A stretch of DNA of 64,000 nucleotides from Acidobacteriota bacterium. GTDB taxonomy: Bacteria > Acidobacteriota > CAIWXX01. Below, one piece after another: positions 52,701 to 62,724 of this stretch (positions within the stretch are counted from its first letter, which is position 1; the number at the start of each line of letters is the position of its first letter). The position numbers and the translations under genes are program-made. The DNA lies in NCBI GenBank assembly GCA_040755995.1, contig JBFMAF010000010.1:192001-256000 (forward strand), in the 5' to 3' direction. The notes under the pieces were generated by a model that did not search any database, had not been told where the DNA came from, and saw only the letters and a program-made list of their open reading frames with translations.

Positions 52701-53836
52701 GCAGCCCAATCAACCTCGCAGGCCTCGACCCGCGCCGTGTGGCGCTGGTGCACGACTGGCTGATCACGGACCGCGGCGGCGAGCGCGTTCTGGACTGCCT
52801 CTGCCGGATGTTCCCCGAGGCGACGTTGTTCACTCTGTTTCACGTCCCCGGTACACAGTCACAGGCAATCGAGCAAATGCGGATTCGCGCCACGTTCATA
52901 GCGCGGCTGCCGTACGTCCGGCGTCTCTACAGGCACTACCTCCCGCTGTTCCCGCGGGCGATCGAGTCGCTGGATCTTCGCGACTACGACCTCGTACTGA
53001 GCAGCAGTCATTGCGTGGCCAAGGGCGTCAAGCCGCGCGAAGGTGCCGCGCACCTTAGCTATTGCCACACGCCGATGCGCTATGCCTACGATCAGTTCGA
53101 CGACTACTTCCCGCCGGACCGTCTCGGCGGCCTTGTCCGCCTTGCGGCTCGTGTCGTGATGGGGCCGATCCGGCGGTGGGACATCGCCGTCAGCTCCCGC
53201 GTGGGCTGCTACGTCGCCAACTCGATGAACACGGCGGAGAGGATCCAGCGCTGCTACGGGCGCGACTCGATTGTGCTTCACCCTCCCGTCGACACCGATT
53301 TCTTCACGCCTGCCCCGGCCCCGGCTCCGGGCCGCTATCTTCTGAGCGTCTCGGCCCTGGTCCCCTATAAGCGCATCGATCGGGCGATAGCCGCGGCGGG
53401 CATGGCCGGCTGGGAGTATGTGATCGTCGGAGAGGGGCCAGAGCGCCCCAGGCTGGAGAAGATGAGGCCGTCGACGGCCAGGTTTCTCGGTCGGGTCAGC
53501 CAGGAGGAGCTGCGCGAGCTCTATCGCGCCTGCGCCGCGTTTGTGCTGCCGGGCGAGGAGGATCTGGGGATAGCGCCGATCGAGGCGCAGGCGTGCGGGA
53601 GGCCGGTCGTGGCGCTCAGGCGGGGAGGGGCGCTCGAGACCGTGATCGAAGGGGTGACAGGGCTGTTTGCCCCTGATGAGGATTCGGCCTCGCTGGCGGC
53701 GGCTATTGACAAGCTGGCGCAGTTCGAGTTCAATAGTGCCGCTGTCAGACGGCATAGCCTGCGGTTCTCGAAGGGCCGTTTTGAAGAGAGGTTCGCGGAC
53801 TTGATCGCCTCGTTCTGGAACGATGCCCGATGTTGA
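52697..53836 (+). CDS. Glycosyltransferase family 4 (WbaZ-like)
   Basis: VALVHDWL..GGERV, SSSHCVAK, YCHTPMRY, EDLGIAPIEA. Confidence 0.92.
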   Translation: MSSPINLAGLDPRRVALVHDWLITDRGGERVLDCLCRMFPEATLFTLFHVPGTQSQAIEQMRIRATFIARLPYVRRLYRHYLPLFPRAIESLDLRDYDLVLSSSHCVAKGVKPREGAAHLSYCHTPMRYAYDQFDDYFPPDRLGGLVRLAARVVMGPIRRWDIAVSSRVGCYVANSMNTAERIQRCYGRDSIVLHPPVDTDFFTPAPAPAPGRYLLSVSALVPYKRIDRAIAAAGMAGWEYVIVGEGPERPRLEKMRPSTARFLGRVSQEELRELYRACAAFVLPGEEDLGIAPIEAQACGRPVVALRRGGALETVIEGVTGLFAPDEDSASLAAAIDKLAQFEFNSAAVRRHSLRFSKGRFEERFADLIASFWNDARC

Positions 53837-55248
53837 ATCGTCGGGCGCGGACGATGGTCTTTTTGTTTTATTCCGTCGACGTGTTGACCTCGATCGCGGC
53901 CTATCTGTTGGCGCTCTATCTGCGCTTCTCTGTCCAGATCGTCCCCAACACGAAGGGGATGTTCCCTCTCAAGCACTACCTCTATGTCATCGGCTTGATC
54001 CTATTACTCTGGCCGCTGATTTTCAGGCTGCACGGGCTCTACCGCCTCAAGCGCGGCCGTTCCAAGGTGGAAGAGGTCTTTGCGATCGTGACCGGTGTGG
54101 CACTGGGCATTCTGATCCTGATGGCGTTCATGTCGTATCTCCGGGTCTACGACGTGACGAAGTTCGAGATGTCGCACTGGATGCTGGTGATTTTCTTCGT
54201 CTGCAACGTCTTTCTGACGATCGTGGGCCGGCTGAGCATGCGGTACTTCATCGAGCTGGCGTGGAAGAAGGGCAAGGATCTGCTCAACATCCTCATCGTC
54301 GGCGCGGGCGATGTCGGGCAGACGGTGGCGGAGAAGATCCTGAGGCACAGCGAGCTCGGGTTCACGATCAAAGGGTTTCTCGACGATGATCCGCGAAAGA
54401 TCGGCAAGGAGTTTTTTGGGATTCCAGTGCTGGGCGGGACGGAGATGTTTGACGAGCTGGTGGCCGGGCGCACATTCGACATCGTTTACGTGGCCCTCCC
54501 GATAACGGCGCACCAGAAGATCCTGCACATGGTGAATTCGGCCAGCCGCGAATGCCTCGAGGCTCGCATCGTGCCCGACCTGCTGCAGTTCATGGCGATC
54601 CGCACGAGCCTGGAAGACATCGACGGCATGCCGATCATCAATCCGCACGACACGCCACTCAAGGGCTGGAACAGCGTGATGAAGCGTTTGATGGATATCG
54701 CGGTGTCGTTCGCCGCCATCATGCTCCTCGGGATTCCGGCTATCATCATCGCCGTTCTCGTCAAGCTGACGTCGCCGGGCCGGGTTTTCTACAAGCAGGA
54801 ACGCATGGGGATGGACGGGCGGCGGTTCAGGATATACAAATTCCGTTCGATGGTGGCGGATGCCGAGAGGGACACCGGCCCGATCTGGACAGCCCCTAAC
54901 GACCCGCGCCGGACCAAAATCGGGTCCTTCCTGCGCAGGTACAGCCTCGACGAGCTTCCGCAGTTCTTCAACGTCCTGCGCGGGGACATGAGCTTGGTGG
55001 GGCCCAGACCCGAGCGGCCGGTGTTCGTGGAGGAGTTCAAGCAGCGCATCCCACAGTACATGCTCCGGCACAAGGTCCGGTCTGGAATAACCGGCTGGGC
55101 GCAGGTGCACGGATGGCGTGGGAATACTTCGGTCGAAAAGCGCATCGAATATGACCTGTACTACATCGAGAACTGGTCGCTGATACTCGACATCAGAATC
55201 CTGTGGCTGACCCTTCGTCGAGGGCTCGGCCACCGGAACGCGTACTGA
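53830..55248 (+). CDS. wcaJ: Undecaprenyl-phosphate sugar-1-phosphate transferase (WcaJ-like)
   Basis: TM block, IVGAG, KRLMD, KFRSM, SLDELPQ, MSLVGPRP, GITGWAQV, YDLYYI. Confidence 0.9.
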   Translation: MLNRRARTMVFLFYSVDVLTSIAAYLLALYLRFSVQIVPNTKGMFPLKHYLYVIGLILLLWPLIFRLHGLYRLKRGRSKVEEVFAIVTGVALGILILMAFMSYLRVYDVTKFEMSHWMLVIFFVCNVFLTIVGRLSMRYFIELAWKKGKDLLNILIVGAGDVGQTVAEKILRHSELGFTIKGFLDDDPRKIGKEFFGIPVLGGTEMFDELVAGRTFDIVYVALPITAHQKILHMVNSASRECLEARIVPDLLQFMAIRTSLEDIDGMPIINPHDTPLKGWNSVMKRLMDIAVSFAAIMLLGIPAIIIAVLVKLTSPGRVFYKQERMGMDGRRFRIYKFRSMVADAERDTGPIWTAPNDPRRTKIGSFLRRYSLDELPQFFNVLRGDMSLVGPRPERPVFVEEFKQRIPQYMLRHKVRSGITGWAQVHGWRGNTSVEKRIEYDLYYIENWSLILDIRILWLTLRRGLGHRNAY

Positions 55249-55338
55249 GGCGCTCGGGGCCCGAGCGGCGCTGTTTTGGACAGAGTGCATCCGGCGATGA
55301 TGAGGGCGTCGCGGTGACACGGAGACGCGGTGACGCCC

Positions 55339-55401
55339 CACTCTCCACTCTCCACTCTCTACTCTCCACTCTCCACTCTCTACTCTCCACTCTCCACTCT
55401 C
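55339..55401. repeat. Heptamer tandem repeat (YACTCTC)x9
   Basis: Units CACTCTC and TACTCTC in order C,C,C,T,C,C,T,C,C, giving a 21-bp higher-order period. Confidence 0.95.
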
Positions 55402-55471
55402 TACGCGAGGCGCGGCCAGAGCTGCCTCGCATGGGTCCTCTGTCCGAGTCCGCGCCTCGCCTGGAGGGGCA

Positions 55472-56419
<948 letters not shown>

Positions 56420-56571
56420 GCCGATGTCGCCGCGGCGGTCGAACCTCGACGTGGACGATCCGTTAGCAGCGACGATACCGAGACCGCATCGGGACTCTTG
56501 GGACTGTGCGTTCCGTGCAGTCTACCGGGCCCCCGCTCGCGAGCACGGGAGCCCCAGATGCTGGTGATTCA

Positions 56572-58764
56572 ATGAAGCGCCCACCTGGCCGTCCGGCACC
56601 GCGATCCACACGCTCCGGGCGCAGCCTGCTGCTCCTAGGCGGCCTCGCCGTCGGCGCGGCCTGCGCTCTGGGATGGGCGACCTGGAGGTACCTGCCCTTC
56701 TTCCTTGGTGATCATCCGCCGGAACGCCCCAACATCGTCCTCGTCACCATAGACACGATCCGCGCGGATCGCCTCGGCTGTTACGGCTATACGACTGCGC
56801 GCACGCCGACGCTCGACCGGATCGCAGCCGATGGCATCCGGTTCCGGACGGCATTCGCGCCCGTTCCGCTGACTCTGCCATCGCATGCGACGATGATGAC
56901 CGGACAGATCCCGCCGTCGCACAGCGTGCACGACAACGCCGCGTCCAGGCTCGGTCACGACGTGCCGGTCGTCCCCGAGACCCTCGCGGCCGCGGGGTAC
57001 GCCACTGCTGCGTTCGTCTCGGGGTTCCCTCTGGATCGCCGGTTCGGCCTTTCGCGCGGGTTTCACACTTACGACGACCGCTTCCCCAGGGGCAGGCCGG
57101 GGAGGGTGCCGTACGTCGAGCGGACTGCGGACCGCACGACCGACGCAGCTGCATCGTGGCTCGCCACCGCGCAGAGCCCGTTCTTTCTCTGGGTCCACTA
57201 CTTCGACCCGCACGCGCCGTATGAGCCGCCCGGAGCATACTCCGACACCGGCACCGCCTACGACGGCGAGATCGCCTTCGTGGACGAGGAGCTCGCGCGA
57301 CTCCTCGACGCCCTCGACCGGCAGACGACGATCGTGATCGTCGCCGGCGACCACGGCGAAAGCCTCGGCGAGCATCGAGAAGATACGCACGGCCTGTTCG
57401 TCTACGACTCGACTCTTCGAGTCCCGCTCCTGATAGCGGGGCCCGGAATTCGCGCCCGCGTAGTCGGCGGCGCCGCGCTGCTCACGGACCTGGCGCCCAC
57501 GATCCTCAAGCTTGCAGGGTGCGACATCCCCGGGGCAATGACCGGCCGCCTCTTGCTGGATCCGCTGCCGGCCCGAGCGACCTACGCGGAGTCCCTCTTC
57601 GGACATCTCAACTGCGGCTGGGCACCGCTGTATTCGCTGAGAGACGGGCGGTGGAAGCTGATCGAAGCTCCATCGGTGGAGCTGTACGACCTGGAGACCG
57701 ATCCGGGCGAGATGAACAACGTGGCAGGCGAGCAAGTCGCCGCGGTTCGATCGTTGCGCGAACAGCTCAGGAAGCAGAACGCGCATCCTGTCTCGGAAGC
57801 GTCGGCGCCGGATCGCGAAACCCGTGAGAAACTCGCGGGCCTGGGATACCTCTCTGGCGGCGCCTCGACAGGCTCGGGCCGGGATCCAAAGGACCTTGTC
57901 GATCTGGCCAACGAGCTGGAGCGGGCGATGCCGATGGTCTACACGGCGCCCGAGCGAGCGGCCGAGATTCTGCGCGGGATCTGCGATGCCGACCCGCAGA
58001 ATCCGATCGCCCGGCGCACGCTGGCCACGGCCCTCGCGCATCAGGGCCGGTTCGATGAGGCGGCGAACACGGTCGAGTCGACGATCCAGGCGGGCACTGC
58101 CCCGGTGGATGCGCGAGTCTCCCTCTCGGAGTACCTCCGGCTAGCAGGGCGTACCGGCGCAGCTGTCGCTGCCGCGCAGCAGGCGATCAAGCAGGATCCG
58201 CTCTCCCCGGAGGCCCACCTGGCTGCTGCGAAGGCACTGCTCGCGGAGGGCCGTCAGGAGGAAGCGTCGGAGGCGGTCGATAGCGCGCTGAAACTGGCGC
58301 CCGACTACGTCGATGCGCTGCAGATGGCTGCAGACCTGCTGATCTCGCAGGGCGCTTTCGGCGTGGCAGCGGAGCGCCTGCAGCGGGCAGTGAATATAGA
58401 CCCCGACGACACTGCCACCACGATGAAATACGGCACCTGTCTCGTGCGGGCCGGCCAGATTGCATCGGCCATCACTGTGTTCGAAGGCCTGATCGAGCGC
58501 GAGCCGCAAAACGGTCATGCGATGCTGCTCCTGGCCGGCGCGCTGGCCAAGAACGGCAACGCAGCGTCGGCGGTGAAGTACTTCGAGCGGGCGATAGCTG
58601 CCGGCGTCAAGACTCCGGCCTGCTACAACGGTCTTGCCATGGCCCGTATCGAAACCGGCGATCGCGAAGGCGCGCGCGACGCGCTGCGCGAGTCGCTGCT
58701 TCTCGCGCCGAACCAGCGTGACATCAGGGCGATGCTGGAGAGCCTGGATCGCACGTCACGATAG
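56572..58764 (+). CDS. Sulfatase-like hydrolase with C-terminal TPR repeats
   Basis: TM anchor, NIVLVTIDTIRAD, PLTLPSHATMMTG, HYFDPH, GDHGE, ELYDL..DP.E; multiple TPRs. Confidence 0.9.
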   Translation: MKRPPGRPAPRSTRSGRSLLLLGGLAVGAACALGWATWRYLPFFLGDHPPERPNIVLVTIDTIRADRLGCYGYTTARTPTLDRIAADGIRFRTAFAPVPLTLPSHATMMTGQIPPSHSVHDNAASRLGHDVPVVPETLAAAGYATAAFVSGFPLDRRFGLSRGFHTYDDRFPRGRPGRVPYVERTADRTTDAAASWLATAQSPFFLWVHYFDPHAPYEPPGAYSDTGTAYDGEIAFVDEELARLLDALDRQTTIVIVAGDHGESLGEHREDTHGLFVYDSTLRVPLLIAGPGIRARVVGGAALLTDLAPTILKLAGCDIPGAMTGRLLLDPLPARATYAESLFGHLNCGWAPLYSLRDGRWKLIEAPSVELYDLETDPGEMNNVAGEQVAAVRSLREQLRKQNAHPVSEASAPDRETREKLAGLGYLSGGASTGSGRDPKDLVDLANELERAMPMVYTAPERAAEILRGICDADPQNPIARRTLATALAHQGRFDEAANTVESTIQAGTAPVDARVSLSEYLRLAGRTGAAVAAAQQAIKQDPLSPEAHLAAAKALLAEGRQEEASEAVDSALKLAPDYVDALQMAADLLISQGAFGVAAERLQRAVNIDPDDTATTMKYGTCLVRAGQIASAITVFEGLIEREPQNGHAMLLLAGALAKNGNAASAVKYFERAIAAGVKTPACYNGLAMARIETGDREGARDALRESLLLAPNQRDIRAMLESLDRTSR

Positions 58765-58969
58765 TCCGCGCGGAGCGGCGAGTACCAGAACGCCGACCAG
58801 GCCCGGCGATCGATCGAGCCCCCTGAGAACGTGCAATGCCCAGCAGGGCGCTGAGTGCTTCCGGAGAACCATCGAGTTCAATCCGGAGAATGGCTAGGCC
58901 ATCACGCTGCGGACTTCGCTGGAGAGCAGAGAACAGGGATCTAGACTGGCCACCCATTCCTCTCCAAGC

Positions 58970-60529
58970 TCACTCATAGTGCTTCAGTTCGGGCCAGGCA
59001 TCGCGAAGCAGTACCTTCGGCCGGCGCGCGATCCAGATCGGCGCATCGTCGCGCCATTTCATGCACCCATCGCAGTCGTGCACACGAACGAGCGTCACCT
59101 CATCGAAGAGCCACCGCGCCGTCTCCTCAGTGAACGGCCCCACGATGATGGCAGCGTCCACCGGGCCCTTCGGCGGGCCCCAATGGAAGTAGCTGTTCTG
59201 GCTGGCGTAGACGGGAGGCAGGCCCCTGCCACGGCCGAGGAGCTCGATGGCGCCCGCCTGCCCGTAGCTGGGAACGAGTATAATCGCCCGGTTGCGTTCC
59301 AGCGGGTCGATCTGCTTGGCCACTGCCTCCACGTCGTCGGCGAGCTGCTCCCACCCGAGGCGGTCGGCAAGCCATTGCGGCAGCGCCGTGACCTTCCCTT
59401 CGCCTTTCTCGATCTGAGGGACGACACCCCAAGCGGTTGCGTATTCGGCTGCCATGCCGGGCGGGAGCAGCGGGAGTGCGAGCGGGGCCAGCACGGCACC
59501 GAACACTACCAGGATCGCGGGCAGCGCCCAGCGCAACCAGCGAAGTCGCCTGCGTTTGCACAGCTCGCCAACGAGGACCCCGCCGCCGGCAAAAAGGATC
59601 GCATAGGCGTCGGCGATACGATCCGGCCTGCTCTTCTGGCCGACGAGCATGAGTAGCAGCAGAACCACGTAGATCCAGCCGAGGTGGCGGAGAGGCCGTC
59701 CGCGGGCGGTTGCCAGAAAGAAGACCAGGCCGGCCAGCCAGACCGGCATGGCGCCGGGATTCATTCCAAGGAGCTGCTGGAACAGGACTTCGAGTGGTGG
59801 AGTGGGCACGTTCTTGTAGAGATCGGCATTGCGGTAAAACTCGAGCGATGGCCAGCCATGTCCCGCCTGCCAGAGCACATTTGGGATTAGCAGCAAGACC
59901 GCAATCCCCACGCCGCTCCACAGCCAGCGGTTCGCCAGGTGACGGCGTGCTCTGGTCAGCAGCAACCCGACAGCGAGGGCCATCGGCAGCAGTATGAAGG
60001 TGTGTTTGTTCTCCAACCCGAGGCCCGTCAAGGCACCGAAGAGCAGCCACAGTCGTGGCTCGTCCCGGCGTTCGATCTCCACAAGCGTCCAGAAGCAGGC
60101 TGTCCACAACAGCACGGAGAACGCGTTCATGGAGTAGTAGGCGAAGGTGATCTGATAGACCAGGCTGACCATCGCGGCTCCGGCAGCGAGCGCTTGCCCG
60201 AAGGGGCCGGCCCCGAGACGGCGGGCGATGATCCCGATGAGCCAGATGGTTGCCGCGCCCGCCAGCGCCGGGACGACTCGCAGGGCGACGAGGGAATCGC
60301 CGAGCAGACCACGAACCAGTCGCAGCAGAAAGACCGACAGAGGTGGATGATCCACATAGCCGAGCGCGAGGTGATCGGAGCAGGCCAGATAGTAGAATTC
60401 ATCAATGAAATATCCGTACTGCCCCACAAGGCCCGGGATCCATTCGAGGAGAAAATAGAGGAACGCCAGGCCCCACAGCAAGGCATCAGCCGTGCGGGCA
60501 CCAGAGTCGGGTCGGACATCGTTCGTCAT
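58970..60529 (-). CDS. GT-C glycosyltransferase (ArnT/PMT-like, GT39/GT83)
   Basis: FIDEFYY..GYVDHPPL, LGLENK, PNVLWQ; many TM helices. Confidence 0.88.
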   Translation of the reverse strand: MTNDVRPDSGARTADALLWGLAFLYFLLEWIPGLVGQYGYFIDEFYYLACSDHLALGYVDHPPLSVFLLRLVRGLLGDSLVALRVVPALAGAATIWLIGIIARRLGAGPFGQALAAGAAMVSLVYQITFAYYSMNAFSVLLWTACFWTLVEIERRDEPRLWLLFGALTGLGLENKHTFILLPMALAVGLLLTRARRHLANRWLWSGVGIAVLLLIPNVLWQAGHGWPSLEFYRNADLYKNVPTPPLEVLFQQLLGMNPGAMPVWLAGLVFFLATARGRPLRHLGWIYVVLLLLMLVGQKSRPDRIADAYAILFAGGGVLVGELCKRRRLRWLRWALPAILVVFGAVLAPLALPLLPPGMAAEYATAWGVVPQIEKGEGKVTALPQWLADRLGWEQLADDVEAVAKQIDPLERNRAIILVPSYGQAGAIELLGRGRGLPPVYASQNSYFHWGPPKGPVDAAIIVGPFTEETARWLFDEVTLVRVHDCDGCMKWRDDAPIWIARRPKVLLRDAWPELKHYE

Positions 60530-60933
60530 AAGCGCTCTTCTCCTTTCCTCTACGAACTAGCAACCGCACTGCGTTCAGCCGGGGTGAGGAGGGGGGATGC
60601 ATTTTCCATGGAACCTCGATGATCAAGAGAGTGGCATCGCCCCCGAATGAGGGTCGTGGCTCGCAGCGTGCGCGAAGGCACTGCAAGATCTCCCCCGGCG
60701 GCTCCTGCCCGGGCAGGTGCCCCATGCAGGTGAACGCACAGGCCGCTTGACTGATCTCCCACGCCATGTGTGGAGGAACTCTGGCATCATCGCTTCTCGA
60801 AGTCAATATTCAAGTCGACCGACGGCGGTTCGCCCCGTCTCTTCCTCCCAGCAGCGCAATTTCCCGCATCTGATAAAGCCATCTGCGGTCTCGCTGCGTT
60901 CTAGCCTCCAGGATTCGTTCAAAGGAGGCTGTT

Positions 60934-62010
60934 GTGAACCGACTGAGCTGGGTCGTGGGTATTGTTGTCTTGTTCGTCATTGGAGCGGCCGCGGGTTGCG
61001 GGCGGGGCTCTACGGCCGGGAATTCCAAGGCGGGGGCATCCTTGAGGCTGGACGACGGGCGTGAGGTGAGGCTCTCCGGTCCGTTCATCCACAAGAACCT
61101 GACGGTCTATCTGGTCTGCGGCAAGGACGCCTATGATGCTCGCAACGTGGTGACGCTGGAGGAGGCGATACAGCGGAAGACGGTTGTGGTGCATGAGACC
61201 GGCAGCGTCGGCGAGTTGAGTGTGGAGAATCTGTCGGAGGATGAGCATGTCTTCATTCAAGCCGGAGACGTGGTGAAGGGCGGCAGGCAGGATCGGACCG
61301 TACAGTACGACATGATTGTCGGCCCGAAGTCGGGCGAGGTGCCGCTGAAGTCGTTCTGTGTGGAGCAGGGAAGGTGGAGCGCGAGAGGCGGCGAGGACGC
61401 GGCGGCCTTTTCGCAGAGCAAGCATGCCGTCAATGCGAAGGAACTGAAGGCCGCGATAAGGGCCGAAGGGCAGCAGGGCAAGGTTTGGGAGAAAGTGGCC
61501 GAGGTCCAGAGGAAGATGTCGGAGAGCGTCGGAGCACGCGTGAATTCCGACCTGTCCCCGAGCAGCCTTCAGCTTGCCATGGAGAACTCCGGGGTGCGGG
61601 CGACTACCGATGAGTACCTGCAGACTCTGAGGGGCGCTCTTGACGCCGAAGACGACGCAATCGGCTTCGTCGCGTGTGTCAACGGAAAGGTGGCGAGCGC
61701 CGACATCTACGGGTCAGCGGCAATACTCGAGAAGGTCTGGGAGAAGATGCTGACGGCGAGCGCTCAGGAAGCCATCGCCGAGTCGGCCGCGGCGGGCGCG
61801 GCTTCGTCTCCCGTCCCGGCGGCCGCAGAGATCGTTGCGTTCATCCTGAAGGCCGAGGCGGAAGGACGAGCCGCAGCGGAGAAGCGTCAGGTGAGCTCGA
61901 GAACAGAGGAGGAAAAGCGCGAGGCGGCTGAGGCCTACGTGTTCGAGAGCTTCGACAAGAAGGACGGCGAGAAAGGACAGAGCCTGCGCAAGAGCTACGT
62001 GGCGAAGTAG
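60934..62010 (+). CDS. Lipoprotein with DUF6569/ARPP-1-like domain
   Basis: GGAGG RBS, lipobox AAGC; NLTVY, TLEEA, V.ELSVEN, AGDVVKGGRQDR, FCVEQGRW, QGKVW. Family assignment from memory of motifs. Confidence 0.65.
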   Translation: MNRLSWVVGIVVLFVIGAAAGCGRGSTAGNSKAGASLRLDDGREVRLSGPFIHKNLTVYLVCGKDAYDARNVVTLEEAIQRKTVVVHETGSVGELSVENLSEDEHVFIQAGDVVKGGRQDRTVQYDMIVGPKSGEVPLKSFCVEQGRWSARGGEDAAAFSQSKHAVNAKELKAAIRAEGQQGKVWEKVAEVQRKMSESVGARVNSDLSPSSLQLAMENSGVRATTDEYLQTLRGALDAEDDAIGFVACVNGKVASADIYGSAAILEKVWEKMLTASAQEAIAESAAAGAASSPVPAAAEIVAFILKAEAEGRAAAEKRQVSSRTEEEKREAAEAYVFESFDKKDGEKGQSLRKSYVAK

Positions 62011-62012
62011 CG

Positions 62013-62123
62013 CACGAGGAACACCGCAGCTGACCAGGACCCATCGAAAGCCGCCACCTCGCCGCGGACCACGGGCCGCTCTGCGCCGTCGTCGCACAGC
62101 AACCATTCGCCGTTAATCCGCAT
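62013..62123 (-). pseudogene. Truncated retropepsin-like aspartic protease (N-terminus only)
   Basis: MRINGEWLLCDDGAERPVVRGEVAAFDGSWSAAVFLV breaks where DTGA is expected; translationally coupled to the upstream gene. Confidence 0.6.
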
Positions 62124-62409
62124 AAACTCGGGGCGCCTTTTCGCGTGGGATGTAACGAACGAAGCTGCCGTCGTCGCCTGGATGCGCCGCCTTCGCCAGC
62201 GCGCGGACCTCTTGCGGCGTGTCCGCCACGAATAGCTCCTCGCCCGCGACGCAGATGCACCTGCCGCGATAGCGCATGTACACTTCGCTCGCATGCGCTC
62301 GGAGCCACGCGCTGTTGCGGTCGAACCGTTCCAATTGCGCCCTGGCCCGCGCCAACTCCACGGGATCCGTCAGTTCCTCCATCACGACCGAGCTTTGATT
62401 GGCCGCCAT
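62113..62409 (-). CDS. Small DUF5678-like hypothetical protein
   Basis: RNSAWL..H..Y.YRGRCICVAGEELFVADT..A..AHP; GAGGGA RBS. Confidence 0.7.
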   Translation of the reverse strand: MAANQSSVVMEELTDPVELARARAQLERFDRNSAWLRAHASEVYMRYRGRCICVAGEELFVADTPQEVRALAKAAHPGDDGSFVRYIPREKAPRVYAD

Positions 62410-62724
62410 TGGACGTTCCCTCTTCTTACCATATTCTACTTGCCCGCCACCGTTGGGTGCAACCGCGCGGATCCTTCCTTCCTCACCAATCCTTGCAACC
62501 GGTCTGCGAGGCCGGTGCTCGATGTAATGCTCCGCCGGCGTTTCTTGGTTCAGATCGCGCGTAAAGAGGATAGGGGGCGTCCTGAGGGATGCCGGTCTCC
62601 ACGGAAGGGCGCTCGATGTGCGGATCGTCAGGCGGGTTGCGACCGGATCGGAGGCTCAGCCTGGACCTGCCATTGGTGTTCGCGCGTCGCGGTGCGGAAG
62701 ATAAACGAAAGAGGGGAGGTCGAG

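Noticed and set aside
55339..55401. CRISPR array
   Set aside because: Short tandem units without spacers; no cas genes.
60600..60760. Possible SpoIIE/PP2C C-terminal remnant (GDATLLIIEV, minus strand)
   Set aside because: Similarity too weak to support by eye.
62560..62700. Cobalamin riboswitch upstream of the Asp-box gene (GACCTGCC)
   Set aside because: Other conserved core elements are not evident; an Infernal/Rfam search would be needed.
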